From Candidatus Eiseniibacteriota bacterium (GTDB taxonomy: Bacteria; Eisenbacteria; RBG-16-71-46; JABDJR01), in NCBI GenBank assembly GCA_963783375.1, contig CAWANH010000028.1, positions 128,001-192,000 on the forward strand: a stretch of 64,000 nt of DNA. Direction: 5' to 3'. Below are positions 28,794 to 40,200 of this stretch, piece by piece (position 1 is the stretch's first letter; every line of letters starts with the position of its first letter). Position numbers and translations under genes: made by a program. The notes under the pieces were generated by a model that did not search any database, had not been told where the DNA came from, and was given only the letters and a program-made list of their open reading frames with translations.

Positions 28794-30836
28794 TCAATCC
28801 GGGCCCGGGGGAGACTTCCGGGACGATCGCGCCAGCCCCCAGGCGGCGGCCAGCCCCAGCGCCCCCGCTCCGATCAGCACCGCGGGCGGCACCGAGACCC
28901 CCTCTCCGAGCCAGGGGAGCCGTTTCAGGACCTCGGAGTTGGTGGCGAGGACCGCGATGGTGTTGTTGGCCGCGTGGAGCACCATGGCCGGCCAGAGGCT
29001 TCCGGTGGTCCAGGCCACCCAGCCCAGGAGAAGCCCCAGCACGGTGGTGGGCAGAAGCCGGTACAGGTCGAAATGGAAGGCCCCGAAGAGGATCGCCGTC
29101 CACAGGATGGCGCGGCCGGGGGTGAGTCGCCGGAGGAGGCCGCGGAGCACGAATCCCCGGAAGAGGATCTCCTCGCAGATCCCGGGGAGGATCGCGAACA
29201 CCGCGATCGACAGGACGAGCCCTCCCCCGCTCTGGGCCCGGAAGAGCTTCTCCATGAGCTCCCGGTAGGATGCCGGGACCTCGAGGAAGAGGCCCTGGGC
29301 CATGGCCACCAGGGCGGCCAGCATGGTGGCGGCGGGGGCGGCGGCCAGCGCGAGGAGAAGGAGGCGCCCCCGCGGCGCGGGAGAGAGGCCCAGGGTCCGC
29401 CGCGCAGGGATCCCCAGAAACCGCAGCGCGATCAGGGGAATCCCGGCGATGACCAGGATCTGGGTCACGGCCAGGCCGAGCTTCACGTCCCTGAGCTGGA
29501 GGGGCGTTCCCAGATAGAAGAACCCCAGAAGCACCATGAAGAACACCGTGGCCACCGCTCCCGGGGTCAGCGCCTCGGTTCGGGTGCGGTTCTCCCGGCG
29601 GAAGAGGTTCCCCCAGGAGAACTTGGGTCCGCCCTCGGTCCCGCTCAGCATGGCTTCGCCCCCGAAGAGGCTCACCGTGCGGGCGAGGAGGAGGAAGGCC
29701 AGCGCGGTCATGGTGGCCATGGTCATGGCCACGAACGGCCACATCACGTTCCCCAGCAGGAGCTCCCGGGAGAGGAGAACGACGTTGGCCACCGGAATGA
29801 GGGCCAGGGTGGTGTTGATCTCGATCCCCGGAAGGAAGGCGAGATAGGCGGGGGCCATGCAGGCGATGACCAGGGGCGATAGGTAGTTCTGAGCCTCCTT
29901 GAAGGAACGGGCGAAAGAGGCCACCAGCATGGCCAGGGCGCTGAAGAAGAGGGCCATGGGGACCATGATGAGGAAGATGAGCAGGATCCCCCGCCAATCC
30001 ACCAGGGAGGCGACCCCCGATGCCATGTCCCCGCCCAGCTTGGCGCTCCCGATCAGGAAGAACACGGTGAAGGCGATGGAAGCCAGGTTGGCCAGGGTGG
30101 TCACGATCGACGCCAGGAAGACGGTGAGAAACTTCCCCAGCACGATGTTGAAGCGCCCGGCGGGGACCACCATCAGGGTCTCCAGGGTCCCGCGTTCGCG
30201 CTCCCCCGCGGTGACGTCGATGGCCGGGTAGAACGCTCCGGTCATCATCATCACGACCAGGAAGAAGGGAAGGATCCGGCCAACGAAGGACCCGCTCATC
30301 TTCCGGGCCCCGGCCACGTTGGTGATCTCCACCGTGAACGGCTTGACGAAGGCATCGGGCATGTCGAGCCGGACCAGCCGGTCGGCCACCACCTCTCGCC
30401 GCCAATCGAGGAGGAAATCCCGGATCCGGTCCCGCATCTCCCCGCCCCGGTCCCGGGAGAGATCCACCTGCAGCGACACGCCGGTGGACTCGGTGTCGGC
30501 CAGCCTCTGGTCGAAGTCCAGGGGGACGCGGAGGACGGCGTCGATCTCCCGGCCGGCCAGGGCAGCGGATGGATCGGCGGGGTGTACGAGCACGAACGAG
30601 GTGTCCGCGGAGAGTCCCCGGACCAGCTCGGGGGAGGCGTCCCGGGGCACGACGGCGATCCGGGCCTTGGCCGCCCGGAGCTTCTCCACCTGGTGAAGGC
30701 CGAGCTGGGATATGGCGACGATGAGGATGGGGTAGATCAGAAGAGGGAGGACGATCATGGCCATGATGGTCCGGCGGTCCCGGAGGGTGTCCAGAATCTC
30801 CTTCCGCCACACCACGGCGATCTCCGTCCAGTTCAT
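28794..30836 (-). CDS. NatB-like ABC-2 permease fused to a CPBP (Abi/CAAX) intramembrane protease
   Basis: KEILDTLRDRRT, AGERERGTLETL, ARSFKEAQNY; C-terminal EEILFRG, FGAFH, HAANN. Confidence 0.9.
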   Translation of the reverse strand: MNWTEIAVVWRKEILDTLRDRRTIMAMIVLPLLIYPILIVAISQLGLHQVEKLRAAKARIAVVPRDASPELVRGLSADTSFVLVHPADPSAALAGREIDAVLRVPLDFDQRLADTESTGVSLQVDLSRDRGGEMRDRIRDFLLDWRREVVADRLVRLDMPDAFVKPFTVEITNVAGARKMSGSFVGRILPFFLVVMMMTGAFYPAIDVTAGERERGTLETLMVVPAGRFNIVLGKFLTVFLASIVTTLANLASIAFTVFFLIGSAKLGGDMASGVASLVDWRGILLIFLIMVPMALFFSALAMLVASFARSFKEAQNYLSPLVIACMAPAYLAFLPGIEINTTLALIPVANVVLLSRELLLGNVMWPFVAMTMATMTALAFLLLARTVSLFGGEAMLSGTEGGPKFSWGNLFRRENRTRTEALTPGAVATVFFMVLLGFFYLGTPLQLRDVKLGLAVTQILVIAGIPLIALRFLGIPARRTLGLSPAPRGRLLLLALAAAPAATMLAALVAMAQGLFLEVPASYRELMEKLFRAQSGGGLVLSIAVFAILPGICEEILFRGFVLRGLLRRLTPGRAILWTAILFGAFHFDLYRLLPTTVLGLLLGWVAWTTGSLWPAMVLHAANNTIAVLATNSEVLKRLPWLGEGVSVPPAVLIGAGALGLAAAWGLARSSRKSPPGPD

Positions 30837-31705
30837 CGGTCACCCTCCGGCGGGACGGCGGGGGGGGTCGCATCCAGGGGGCTCCCGGCGGGGCGCGCCC
30901 CCTCCGGGCCGCCCGGTCCGTCCGCCGAGGCCTCGGCGCGGTCCCCCTGGGCCAGAAGGGTGAGGAAGACGTCTTCCACCATCGTCTCCCCCGTCCGGCG
31001 GCGGAGATCCTCAACCGTGCCCTGGGCCACGACCCGACCCCGGTGAAGGATGGCGATCTCGTCGCACAGCCGTTCCGCCTCGCTCATGATGTGGGTGGAG
31101 AAGAGGACGCACTTCCCCGCCGACCGGGAGTCCCGGATGAAGTCGACCAGGTGGCGGCTGGCCAGGACGTCGAGACCGGTGGTGGGTTCGTCGAGAATGA
31201 GCACGGGCGGGTCATGAACGATGGCGCGGGCGATGGAGACCTTCTGCCTCATACCGGTGGAGAGATCGCCACAGCGCTTGTCCTGGTAGGAGCTGATCTC
31301 GAGCCGGTCGAACAGGGTATCGATCCTGGCCTCCACCTGCCCCGCGGGCATCCCGTAGAGGCGGCCGAAGTAGCGGACGACCTCGCGGGCGGTGAGCCGC
31401 GGGTAGACCCCGGTGCTCCCGGTCAAGAACCCGATCCGGCGGCGAACCTCGGCCGGCTCTTCGATGATCCCGCGCCCCCCGATGCGCGCGGAGCCGGAGG
31501 TGGGTGGAATCAGGGTGGAGAGGATCCGCAGGGTGGTGGTCTTGCCGGCGCCGTTCGGCCCGAGCAGCCCGAAGATGCGGCCCGCCCCGGCCCGAAAGGT
31601 CACCCGGTCCACGGCCGGGAACAGATCCCCCGAGGGGGATCGGTAGACCTTGGTCAGGTCCCGAACCTCGATGTGCGCCGAGCCCGAGGACGCGGGTCCG
31701 GTCAC
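30833..31705 (-). CDS. NatA-like ABC transporter ATP-binding protein
   Basis: GPNGAGKTT, LSTGMRQK, ILDEPTTGLD, STH. Confidence 0.92.
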   Translation of the reverse strand: MTGPASSGSAHIEVRDLTKVYRSPSGDLFPAVDRVTFRAGAGRIFGLLGPNGAGKTTTLRILSTLIPPTSGSARIGGRGIIEEPAEVRRRIGFLTGSTGVYPRLTAREVVRYFGRLYGMPAGQVEARIDTLFDRLEISSYQDKRCGDLSTGMRQKVSIARAIVHDPPVLILDEPTTGLDVLASRHLVDFIRDSRSAGKCVLFSTHIMSEAERLCDEIAILHRGRVVAQGTVEDLRRRTGETMVEDVFLTLLAQGDRAEASADGPGGPEGARPAGSPLDATPPAVPPEGDR

Positions 31706-31935
31706 GGTCCGTCCTTCTTCCCTTCACTCCCCTCGGCATTGTCCCGCTCACCGGAATGTTCCGTGAAGGGGACGTCGATGATCCGACCCCCGTCGATCTC
31801 GTCACCTTCCGACCGGCGGTGGTGGACCTCGGGCCGGGTCCGATCCGACGAGAGCCCGGAGATCAACGCCTTCCAGATGCGCCTGACGAACCAGAACAAG
31901 GTCAAAAAGAAGACGAGGAGAAGGAGGCCGCGCAT
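31702..31935 (-). CDS. small single-TM hypothetical protein
   Basis: Hydrophobic N-terminus, IIDVPFTE tail; GTGA overlap with the next gene. Confidence 0.6.
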   Translation of the reverse strand: MRGLLLLVFFLTLFWFVRRIWKALISGLSSDRTRPEVHHRRSEGDEIDGGRIIDVPFTEHSGERDNAEGSEGKKDGP

Positions 31936-31995
31936 GGGAACTAACTCCGGTGAGGCTCAGGGGAAAGGTTCACGTAAGGCGCCCGGCCCCGGCGG

Positions 31996-32352
31996 CTAGT
32001 GGACACCGAGCCCGGCGGTACGGAAGTAGCCCTCGATGACGAACCGGGCGGCTTCCTCCTGATCCTCGAATACCAGCACCCGCCCCCAGTATCCCTCGAT
32101 CAGGCCGAGGAGCGCCTCGAACCCAGGAGCTTGGGCCGACTGGATCCAGGACTCGATCCCGTCCGACTCCAGGACCTTCTGCACGGTGGCCGCCGCCAAC
32201 TCATCCGGTGCCAGGTAGACGATCCTCGCCTGCAGGACCCGGTCCTGTCCGGGCTCCTCTTCGACCGCGATCCGGGGCGCCACCTTGACCCCGCATTCCG
32301 GGCAAAAGTCCACACCGCTCGCGCCCATCCCGCAGTTCGGGCAGATGTCCAT
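31996..32352 (-). CDS. zinc-ribbon + DUF2007-like (PII-like) protein
   Basis: CPNCG..FCPECG, then VQKVLESDGIES..GRVLVFEDQEEAA; GGAGGT before ATG 32352. Confidence 0.7.
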   Translation of the reverse strand: MDICPNCGMGASGVDFCPECGVKVAPRIAVEEEPGQDRVLQARIVYLAPDELAAATVQKVLESDGIESWIQSAQAPGFEALLGLIEGYWGRVLVFEDQEEAARFVIEGYFRTAGLGVH

Positions 32353-32438
32353 GCCGTCGCACCTCCGAAACGCCGACTCCAGCCGCCGTTCAGCCCGATA
32401 TCCTAGCACACCGACCCTCGGTCGGAGCCCCACGAATA

Positions 32439-32470
32439 GGACGCCCCCCGCCTTCCGGCGAGGGGCGTCC
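32439..32470 (-). terminator. stem-loop after the PorV-OmpA gene
   Basis: GGACGCCCC-CCGCCTTCCGGCGA-GGGGCGTCC inverted repeat; weak U tail. Confidence 0.5.
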
Positions 32471-32502
32471 AAGGAGGTTCCGATGTTCCGCAGTTCGCGA
32501 CG

Positions 32503-34134
32503 CTACTTCTCGACCACCACGAACTGGATACGGCGATTCCGGGCACGCCCGAGATCCGTATCGTTGCTGTCGATAGGCTGCGATTCGCCGAAGCCGCGGG
32601 TATCCAAGCGGCTGGCATCGATGCCCTTCTTCACCAGGTACTGCTTCACGGCCTCGGCCCGCTTCTGCGAGAGGGTCATGTTGTACTGGTCGCTCCCGAT
32701 GTTGTCGGTGTGACCCTGGATCTCCACCCGGATCTCCGGGTGCTCGTTCATGATCCGAACCACGTCGTCAAGAACCGGGATCGGATCAGCGCCGCTGATT
32801 TCGGCCGTCCCGAACTTGAAGTTGATGTGGGCCAGGGGGAAGTAGATCGGAGCATCGTCCGGGCACCCGTCCGTATCCTCGTATCCGTTGAAGGTCTCGG
32901 CCTCGTTCGGACACTTGTCGTCCTTGTCCAGGATGCCGTCCCCGTCGTTGTCGAGATCGGGGCAGCCGTCCTGATCCTCGTACCCGTCGAAGTCCTCGGG
33001 CTGGTTCGGGCACTGGTCGTTCACGTCCAGGATGCCGTCACCGTCGTTGTCGAAGTCCGGGCAGCCGTCGGTGTCCTGATAGCCGTCGAAGTCCTCGGGC
33101 TGGTCGGGGCACTGATCGTCCGCGTCGGCGATGCCGTCGTGGTCCCGGTCCCTCACCCCGCCGGCCGCCCGGTACATGTCCCGGTGCTCGCCGAAATCGA
33201 GGGTGACCGAGAACCGATGGTTCTCGTTCAGGAAGCTCTGGGGCTCGACCACGTAGGCGTAGTCGAAACGGAAGAACTTCACTCCGAGGCCGATGCCTCC
33301 GGCGAAGCTTCCGTCATCCACGCCCAGGCGCAGGGCGCCGGAGAAATCCTCGCTGAACGGCATCCAGTACTCGCCGCCTCCGTGGAAGCGGTAGTTCTCA
33401 TCGTCACGAGTCTTCTCCACGTCCGCACCGAGGGTGAGGCCGTCCACCGGCGCCACCGAAGCTCCGAAGCGGAGGTTGGAAGGAATGTCGTTGACGTTGC
33501 CGTTCTTCTGGTCCCCGACCGATGTGAACAGATCCTGGACCATGATGCCCAGCCGGATGTACTCGGTGACCGCGAACTGCGCGCCCATATCGAGTCCCAG
33601 GCCGTTCACGCTGCCTTCGTTGCTGCCGTTACTGGTGGTTCCGAGATCCTGGGTCACCAGCTTGCCGCTGATGCCCAGATTCAACGGACCGGTCATGGTC
33701 GCCGCCGACAGCATGAGGGCGTTCTCGGAGAAGTTGAACTGGCTGCCCGAGGACCCGTCCAGACGGGTCTCGGTCAGGTTGTCGGTGCTCGCGTTGATCC
33801 ATGTGAATCCCAACGCGAACTTGTCGAAGCCGTAGGCCAGCCCGACGTAGTTGTGGTTACGATCGAAGGTCATTCCACCGGTCATCATCCCGGTGGCGCT
33901 GAACCCTCGGAGAAGGGACAGGCCTGCGGGGTTCCAGTAGCCGGCCGAAACATCGTTCGCGGTCGCGCTACCAACACCGCCCATCCCGAAGTACCTGGCT
34001 CCTACGCCCGCGCGCAGAAAAGCCGCCCCGTGGTTGCTCTGCTGATCCGCGGCGAAGACCGCCGTCGGGGCCGCAGCCGCGAGGAGCAGGCTCACCAACG
34101 CAAGGGCCCACGCGCCTCGGTTCCTACGAAACAT
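32503..34134 (-). CDS. PorV-like barrel + thrombospondin type-3 repeats + OmpA-like peptidoglycan-binding domain fusion
   Basis: AFLRAGVGARYFGMGG..NDVSAGYWNPAGL; three DxDxDGIxDxxDxCP repeats; IQGHTDNIG..NMTLSQKRAEAV..RNRRIQF; AAGGAGG before ATG 34134. Confidence 0.88.
   Translation of the reverse strand: MFRRNRGAWALALVSLLLAAAAPTAVFAADQQSNHGAAFLRAGVGARYFGMGGVGSATANDVSAGYWNPAGLSLLRGFSATGMMTGGMTFDRNHNYVGLAYGFDKFALGFTWINASTDNLTETRLDGSSGSQFNFSENALMLSAATMTGPLNLGISGKLVTQDLGTTSNGSNEGSVNGLGLDMGAQFAVTEYIRLGIMVQDLFTSVGDQKNGNVNDIPSNLRFGASVAPVDGLTLGADVEKTRDDENYRFHGGGEYWMPFSEDFSGALRLGVDDGSFAGGIGLGVKFFRFDYAYVVEPQSFLNENHRFSVTLDFGEHRDMYRAAGGVRDRDHDGIADADDQCPDQPEDFDGYQDTDGCPDFDNDGDGILDVNDQCPNQPEDFDGYEDQDGCPDLDNDGDGILDKDDKCPNEAETFNGYEDTDGCPDDAPIYFPLAHINFKFGTAEISGADPIPVLDDVVRIMNEHPEIRVEIQGHTDNIGSDQYNMTLSQKRAEAVKQYLVKKGIDASRLDTRGFGESQPIDSNDTDLGRARNRRIQFVVVEK
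32857..33153 (-). repeat. three 99-bp coding tandem repeats (33-aa Ca-binding TSP3-like units)
   Basis: Units at 32857, 32956 and 33055, each encoding ...DxCPxxxExFxGYxDxDGCPD. Confidence 0.85.
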
Positions 34135-34197
34135 CACCGTTACCTCCTTGCTCATCCCTGCAGCGCTTCCTCTTTGAGTGCCGCTCAGCAAAGGCGC

Positions 34198-34223
34198 CGG
34201 GGGGCCGGCCTTCCGGCCCCCCG
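34198..34223 (-). terminator. GC stem-loop between the giant gene and PorV-OmpA (partial terminator or mRNA stabiliser)
   Basis: CGGGGGGCCGG-CCTT-CCGGCCCCCCG; only CGCCTTTG follows on the minus strand. Confidence 0.5.
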
Positions 34224-34230
34224 ACCCTTA

Positions 34231-37200
34231 TTACTTCTCGTTCCAGATCGCGAGCTTCAGGACCCGAGGCTCCTGCCGCGAGCCGTCGTTGACCACGATC
34301 CGGATCAGGTACACACCGTTGGAGAGGTCGCGACCGTCTTCGGTCTGACCGCCCCAGGCGATGTTCACCGGACCGATGCCCTTCGTGCCCTTGAAGATCG
34401 TGGCCACGTAGTCGCCGGCCCAGTCATAGGCCGTGACTTCGACGTCAGCAGGCTTGTTCAGGTTGAACATGATCTGCGCGTCGGTGCCGGTCATCGGGTT
34501 GAAGGGGTTCGGAACCACCTTCGCGCCCAGGACCTGCACCACGTTCCCACCGATCTGGAAGGAGCAGGTGGAGCTGAACTTGTTACCCAGCTTGTCCTGA
34601 CCGGAGATGGTCACGACGTAGGTGCCGGTCATCAGCAGATTCCCACCGTTGGTGATCTTGAAGCTGATGCCGCTGGAGTCGATGTTCATCTCCTCGACCG
34701 TCGGCGTCGAGCCGTCAGGCGCCGTCACCTTGACCGTCGGAGCCGGGTCGGTCTGGACTCCCGAGCCACCGTCGACGAAGCTCGCCGTGAAGGTGTAGCT
34801 GGTCGACTGGATCACCGGGGTCCCGGGCTCCCCGCCGCCGCAGACCACGCCGGGCGACGAAGGCACCACCGTCGGAGCGGTCAGGTCCACCAGGAACCGC
34901 TGCTCCACATACCGACTACCCGCGTTGAACACGTTGTCCATCACCCCGCGGGTGTAGACCACGTACTCCTGACCGGCCGCGTCGAACTTGATGGGCCCGA
35001 AGGCGGCCATCTTGTCCAGAGCCGCCTGCAGCTCGGCGCTGATCGTCGGCTCACCGCCCTGCATGATCAGCCGGTCGCTGTAGAGGACGATCTCCAGAAC
35101 CGCGCCGTCGTGGATCCGATGACCGCCGGTCAACACCGCCAGCGGCACGCTCAGGGTGTCGCCGGGCTGGTAGGTGTCCAACGAGGGCGTGATGTACGGA
35201 GCCAGGGCGTCCGCGGTGCCGGTGTAGATCAGAGTCCGCTCTTCGATGTTGTCGATGTCGGACTGGCTGCCGGTCCCGCAGGTCTGGCAATCGTCGATCA
35301 CCCAGACGTCGTACTTGAACCCACCGTCGCCGGGCAGGATCTCGTCGCAGTCCATGCCGTATGCGCCGTACACCTCACAGAGCTCCTCGGCATTCTCCTG
35401 CTCGCAGTAGTCGGAACCGTTCGACGTGTAGTCGTCGATGCGATCCTCACGGAACAGGAGGCCCGAGCCGCCGTCGTACATCTTCACGGTCAGGATGTTC
35501 TGGTCGAGGTTCGTGTAGCCCGCCGCGAACTTGAGCAGCGGACTGCCGACGAACCCGCCGTGGAACTCGATGTAGGGCGCGGTACGGTCGACGTTGAAGT
35601 CGAACGTGTAGTCGTCGCCCACCGTGTTCCCCTGGTCGTCCTTGAAGACGATCTTGGCGGTGTGAGGCCCTTCCTTCAGCGCGTCGTTGTTGTCGCAGGT
35701 GTGGCGGTACTCCCAGCCGACCGTCTGGTCGTCCTGGCTGGCGTACTCCCAGTCGAACTCCGAGCCCGGATAGAGGAACCAGTCTTCATAGCTGCTGTAG
35801 ACCAGCTTTCCGTCCAGGTAGAACTCGAAGCTGCCGGAGTCGATGCCGCTGCCCGGGCTGCGGAGGATGCCGCGCAGGATCGGGTCCTGATCCGTGTACC
35901 CCGACCAGGCCGGCGAAGCCGAGATCTCGACCGGCGCCGCCTTGTCGGTAGCCACCACCGCCCAGATCGCAGGAGAGATCTGCTTGCTCTTGAAGCGGAT
36001 GGTGTAGCTGGTGGTGTCCTCACCCGAGACGTTCGGCGTCACCACGACGTTGGTGATGTTCTTGCCGTCCCAGGCATGGCCGTCCCAGCGGCGGACCGTG
36101 AGCTTCATCGGGTTGATCGCGCTGCCGTCGGCATGGTGGAGCAGGTTCGACGCCACCGTGACCCACAGCGTGGCCTCGTAGCCCGCGTGGGCATTGACGC
36201 CGTCCGTGACTTCCCAGGTCGACGTGTGGAGCGAGGTCCGGTAGGCCTGCCCGATGGTGTCGATGTAGCGATCCTGCCACGGCGGCGTGGTCGGCATGTC
36301 CGTCGGCTTGATGAGGAGACCGTAGTCGTGGCTGTAGGCACTGGCCGGCACCTCGACCGCGAACGCGTCGTTCGCCCCGTTCCCGTTCACCCCGGCGATG
36401 CCGTTGCTGCCGCGGTTCGGGGTCACCTGGTGGAAGATGATGCTGTTCATCTTCATGTCGGTGTACGGAGCGTGCGTGTCCGAGCTGGTCCGCTGCTTGT
36501 GAGCGGTGGCGTAGACGTCCAGAACCGCGCCCCTCGTCGGGTCGAGCTTGCTGAGGAAGTCAGAGGTCTTGAACATCTGACCCACCCAGGTCTGGGCGTC
36601 GTCCGTCTTCGGATCCATCTCGGGCAGGGCCTCGGCGATGTTGCCGGCGCCGTCCTCGCCCACGATCGCCACGAACGGAGCCACCCAGCCGAAGCCGGTG
36701 TGGACCTCGACCCGCCCGGTCTGGCGGATGTTGCCCGTCACGTAGACCATGGGATCGTCGGTGATGTAGCCGAGCTGCATGTCCACCGGCTCCAGATAGG
36801 TGCGGCCGAAGACATCCTTCATCGGCTGGACGGTGAGGGTCGGGGTGTTCTGGAGGTCGTAGAGACCGCCGAACACGTTCGTGTCGCCGGACAGCGGCTT
36901 GATCCCGCCCTGACCGGGGACCAGACCCATGAGGGTCGCGTCGCCCGGCTTGGCCGGAATCGCGTCGGCGGCGACCGCCCGCAGCTCGTACTGCTTGGTG
37001 TCGTCCAGGTTCGAGGTCACGAACTCGGCGTACCACAGATCCTGCGGCATCAGCCACTCACCGCGCGCGACCATGTCGAGCGTCACGTCGGTGAAGGTCG
37101 AGGTGCCGATCGTGGTCCACGGCTCGCCGTCCACGCCCGCCAGGCGGTACTGGAAGAAGACCGTCGCCGCTTCCTTCTCACCGAAGGTGAGTCCGTACAC

Positions 37201-40200
37201 GCGGTCGATGGTCGACTTCGAGATCGCGCCCTTCAGATGCGGGTTGAACGCCGAGACCTGGGCCAGAGGCACCGCGACGTTGCGCACGGTGACGGTCACG
37301 ATGTTGTGGCTGTCGCCGCAGTTGGCCGCATCGTCGGTGGCCTGGGCCTTGACCTCGTACTGACCCTCGGAGAGGCCGGTGGTGTTCCACCGGACGCCCC
37401 ACAGGCCGAGCGCGTCGTCGTAGCCCGCGGTGCCCAGGAACTGCCAGGCGCCGTAGCTCTGGCCGGGCGTCTCGGTCACACCCTTGGTGACGACCATCGG
37501 GCGGACGAAGAACTGCACCTCGGCCACGCCGGTGGAGTCGTTGACTCCGGCGCCGGGGATGTTGGGCTCGTCGTCATCCGCGGTGGCGTAGACCAGGATC
37601 TGGTCGCCGGCCGACACGTCGGTGATCTGGTTGTTGTCGATCGGATCGATCGTCGTCTCGTGCCCGTTCGGATCGTGTCCCACGATGTGGAAGTGGGTGA
37701 TCTCGAGATCCGGGTCCACGTTGTCCACGATGGTCCGCGCCGCCACGATCGAGGTCTTCGTGTTGCCCGCGACGTCGCTGGCCACGATCCGCCAGTCGAC
37801 GAGGTAGGCGTTGTACCCGAAGAGGTCGAGCACGTCGGCGGTCGAGCTGTACCGCGTCTTGAAGCCGTCGTACATCGTCATGGCCTGGAAGCTGTGCCAG
37901 TTCGAGTCGACGTCCTCATCCGCGGAGTACTTCCACTCCCAGGTCACGCAGTTGTTCCAGGAGTTCTTGTAGTCCACGTCCTTGTCGGCGGTCTGGGCGA
38001 TCAGGTCGGCCACCCGCTGATCGGGATCGCACACCGTGCCCTCACCCGCCACGTTCTCGGGAACGATCACGTTCCCGGCGATCGGACGGATGCCGGTGAA
38101 GGTCGGGCCGGTGCGGTCCACCACGATGTAGATCGCCGGCAGGGTGTTGGTGGTGTGGTTCATGAAGTTCCCGGCGTCATCCTTGGCCTCGGCCACCATC
38201 TGGTAGGTGGCGCCGGAGACCAGCCCTGCGGTGTTCCAGTTGTAGAGCACCCAGGTCTGGATGTTGTCCAGGTCCTTCATATCCACGTCGGCGTCGGCCA
38301 TCTCCCAGGCACCCGTGGTCGGCTTCACCTGGCGGTACCAGAACTTCACGTCCTGGGTGTCGGTGCTGCCGTCCAGGATCCGGGCCCACACCTGGTTCAC
38401 GCCGTTGATCCGCAGCGTGTCAGGGTTCTCGACGAAGCTCGCTTCGCCGGTCGTGCAGGCCGCGCCGGAGAGGTCGCGATCCAGGCCCACGATCGTGGCG
38501 ACCGGGGGCTGGGTGTCGGCGACCGTCAGCTGGGCCTCGCCACCGGTAAGCTCACTGTGAGCCACGACCGATGTGCTGTTGCACACCAGGTCGCTGACCG
38601 CGACCGAGATGTCGTAGGTCATGCCAGGAGAGAGCGGCTTTCCGTCCGGATCCCGGTAACCGTTGGTATCCCAGTGGAACGCGTAGGGCCGGGTCTGGTC
38701 CGGGTTGTCGTTCGTCGGGGCGATGCCCGCCGTGCCCGGAAGCTGGATCCACGATCCGTCAGCGTTCAGGTCGCTGTGCAGCTTGTAGAAGAAGGTCACG
38801 ACCAGGTCGTTGTCCACGAAGTCCGTGGTCGACCCGCCCTTGGCCTCGATCAACACGCCGTCCTTGCTGTTCCGCTCCACGCTGCTGGTGGCCTGCCCGT
38901 TCGCGAGAACGGAGGTCATCGTGGGAGCGGTGTTATCCACCTGCAGGCGGTAGTAGGCGATCTCGCCGGACTCCGCGTTACCCCAGGCGTCGACCGCCCG
39001 GGCGCGGACCCAGACCTCGGTCCCGTCGACGGCCGGGTCGTACCAGACCGGCTTGCCGTCGGCCCCGAGGAGCTTGGTGTCCCAGCTGATCGTCCAGACC
39101 GGACCCTGGTGCGACGCGGCGTCGGTCACCCCGGGCTTCGGCACGAGAACCAGCCCGTCCGGACACCGGTACTCGCACTCACCGTCTCCGATCGGGATCC
39201 AGGCGTCCGCGGCCGGCTGACCGGCTCCGGTCACCCACTGGCCCTCGAAGATCACCCGGCCGCCGTCCATGGAGGCGTCGCCCTGCGGGGTTGCCGCGGC
39301 GAGTTCCACCGTGCGGGCGACCACGCCCACCGTCTTGGCGCCGTTCGGGCTCTGGGCGAGAACCGTCTCGTCGATGCCGTAGCCGTCGACGCTCTGCCCA
39401 CCGAACACGATCGGGGTCAACGGGTAGGTCGAGCACTCGTCGCCCGACACCACCGCCTCGAGCTGGGTGTCATCCGGCGGGGTCACGTCCTGCACCGACA
39501 CGACGTCCTCGGCGAAGTCCCCGCCGCAGTTCCCGGCGAAGTCGCGGACCGCCACATCGATGGTGTAGAGACTGTCCGTGCTCCCGGGCAGGTTGGTCGG
39601 CGTCGTCCAGTCGATCTTCCAGAGGTCGTCCGCGCCGTCCGGGGTGTTGTTGTCGTCCAGGGTGCCGAGCCCGATGACGTGGCTGTCACCGCCGCCGACA
39701 CGGTAGGAGAACTGCACCACCAGGTGGTCGCTGGACTGGTTCTTGATGTCCTGGTTGAGAGGCCACTCGCCGCTCGGGTAGCTGAACCAGAGACCGTCGT
39801 TGATGCTCGCGGCCAACGGCACCACGTCACCACCGGCCACGTGGACGGTGTTGCCCTCGGCGCCGCCCCCGGCCTCGAACTGCCGGTTGCCCGCATAGAT
39901 CCACAGGGGCTCGGGATCCCAGGCGTCGAGCCGCAGCCAGACGCCGGGGCTCGCTTCGTTGGTGTTGCAGGCGTAGTCGGTGGCCCGCACCCGGAATCGG
40001 TAGACCTTGGACGGAAGGTTGCTCCCGGCCGCGGACTGCATGGCGCTCATCAGGGCGTCGACGCTGTCCACGGTGAGCTGCCACTTGCCGTCAGGATTCA
40101 GGTCGTTGCCCTGGGCGTCCCGGTACTCGAATCCGTCGAGCAACTGGGCGCCGCTGAGGCTCCGCCACACCCCGTTCTCGGGGTTGGTCACGTCGTCGTA

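Noticed and set aside
32857-33153. Regularly spaced repeats as a CRISPR array
   Set aside because: They are in-frame 99-bp coding repeats without unique spacers, and no cas genes are present.
34135-34233. Read-through fusion of the giant protein with the in-frame PorV-OmpA gene
   Set aside because: The two genes are in the same frame, but there is a double TAA TAA stop and a hairpin, and the downstream gene has its own RBS and signal peptide.
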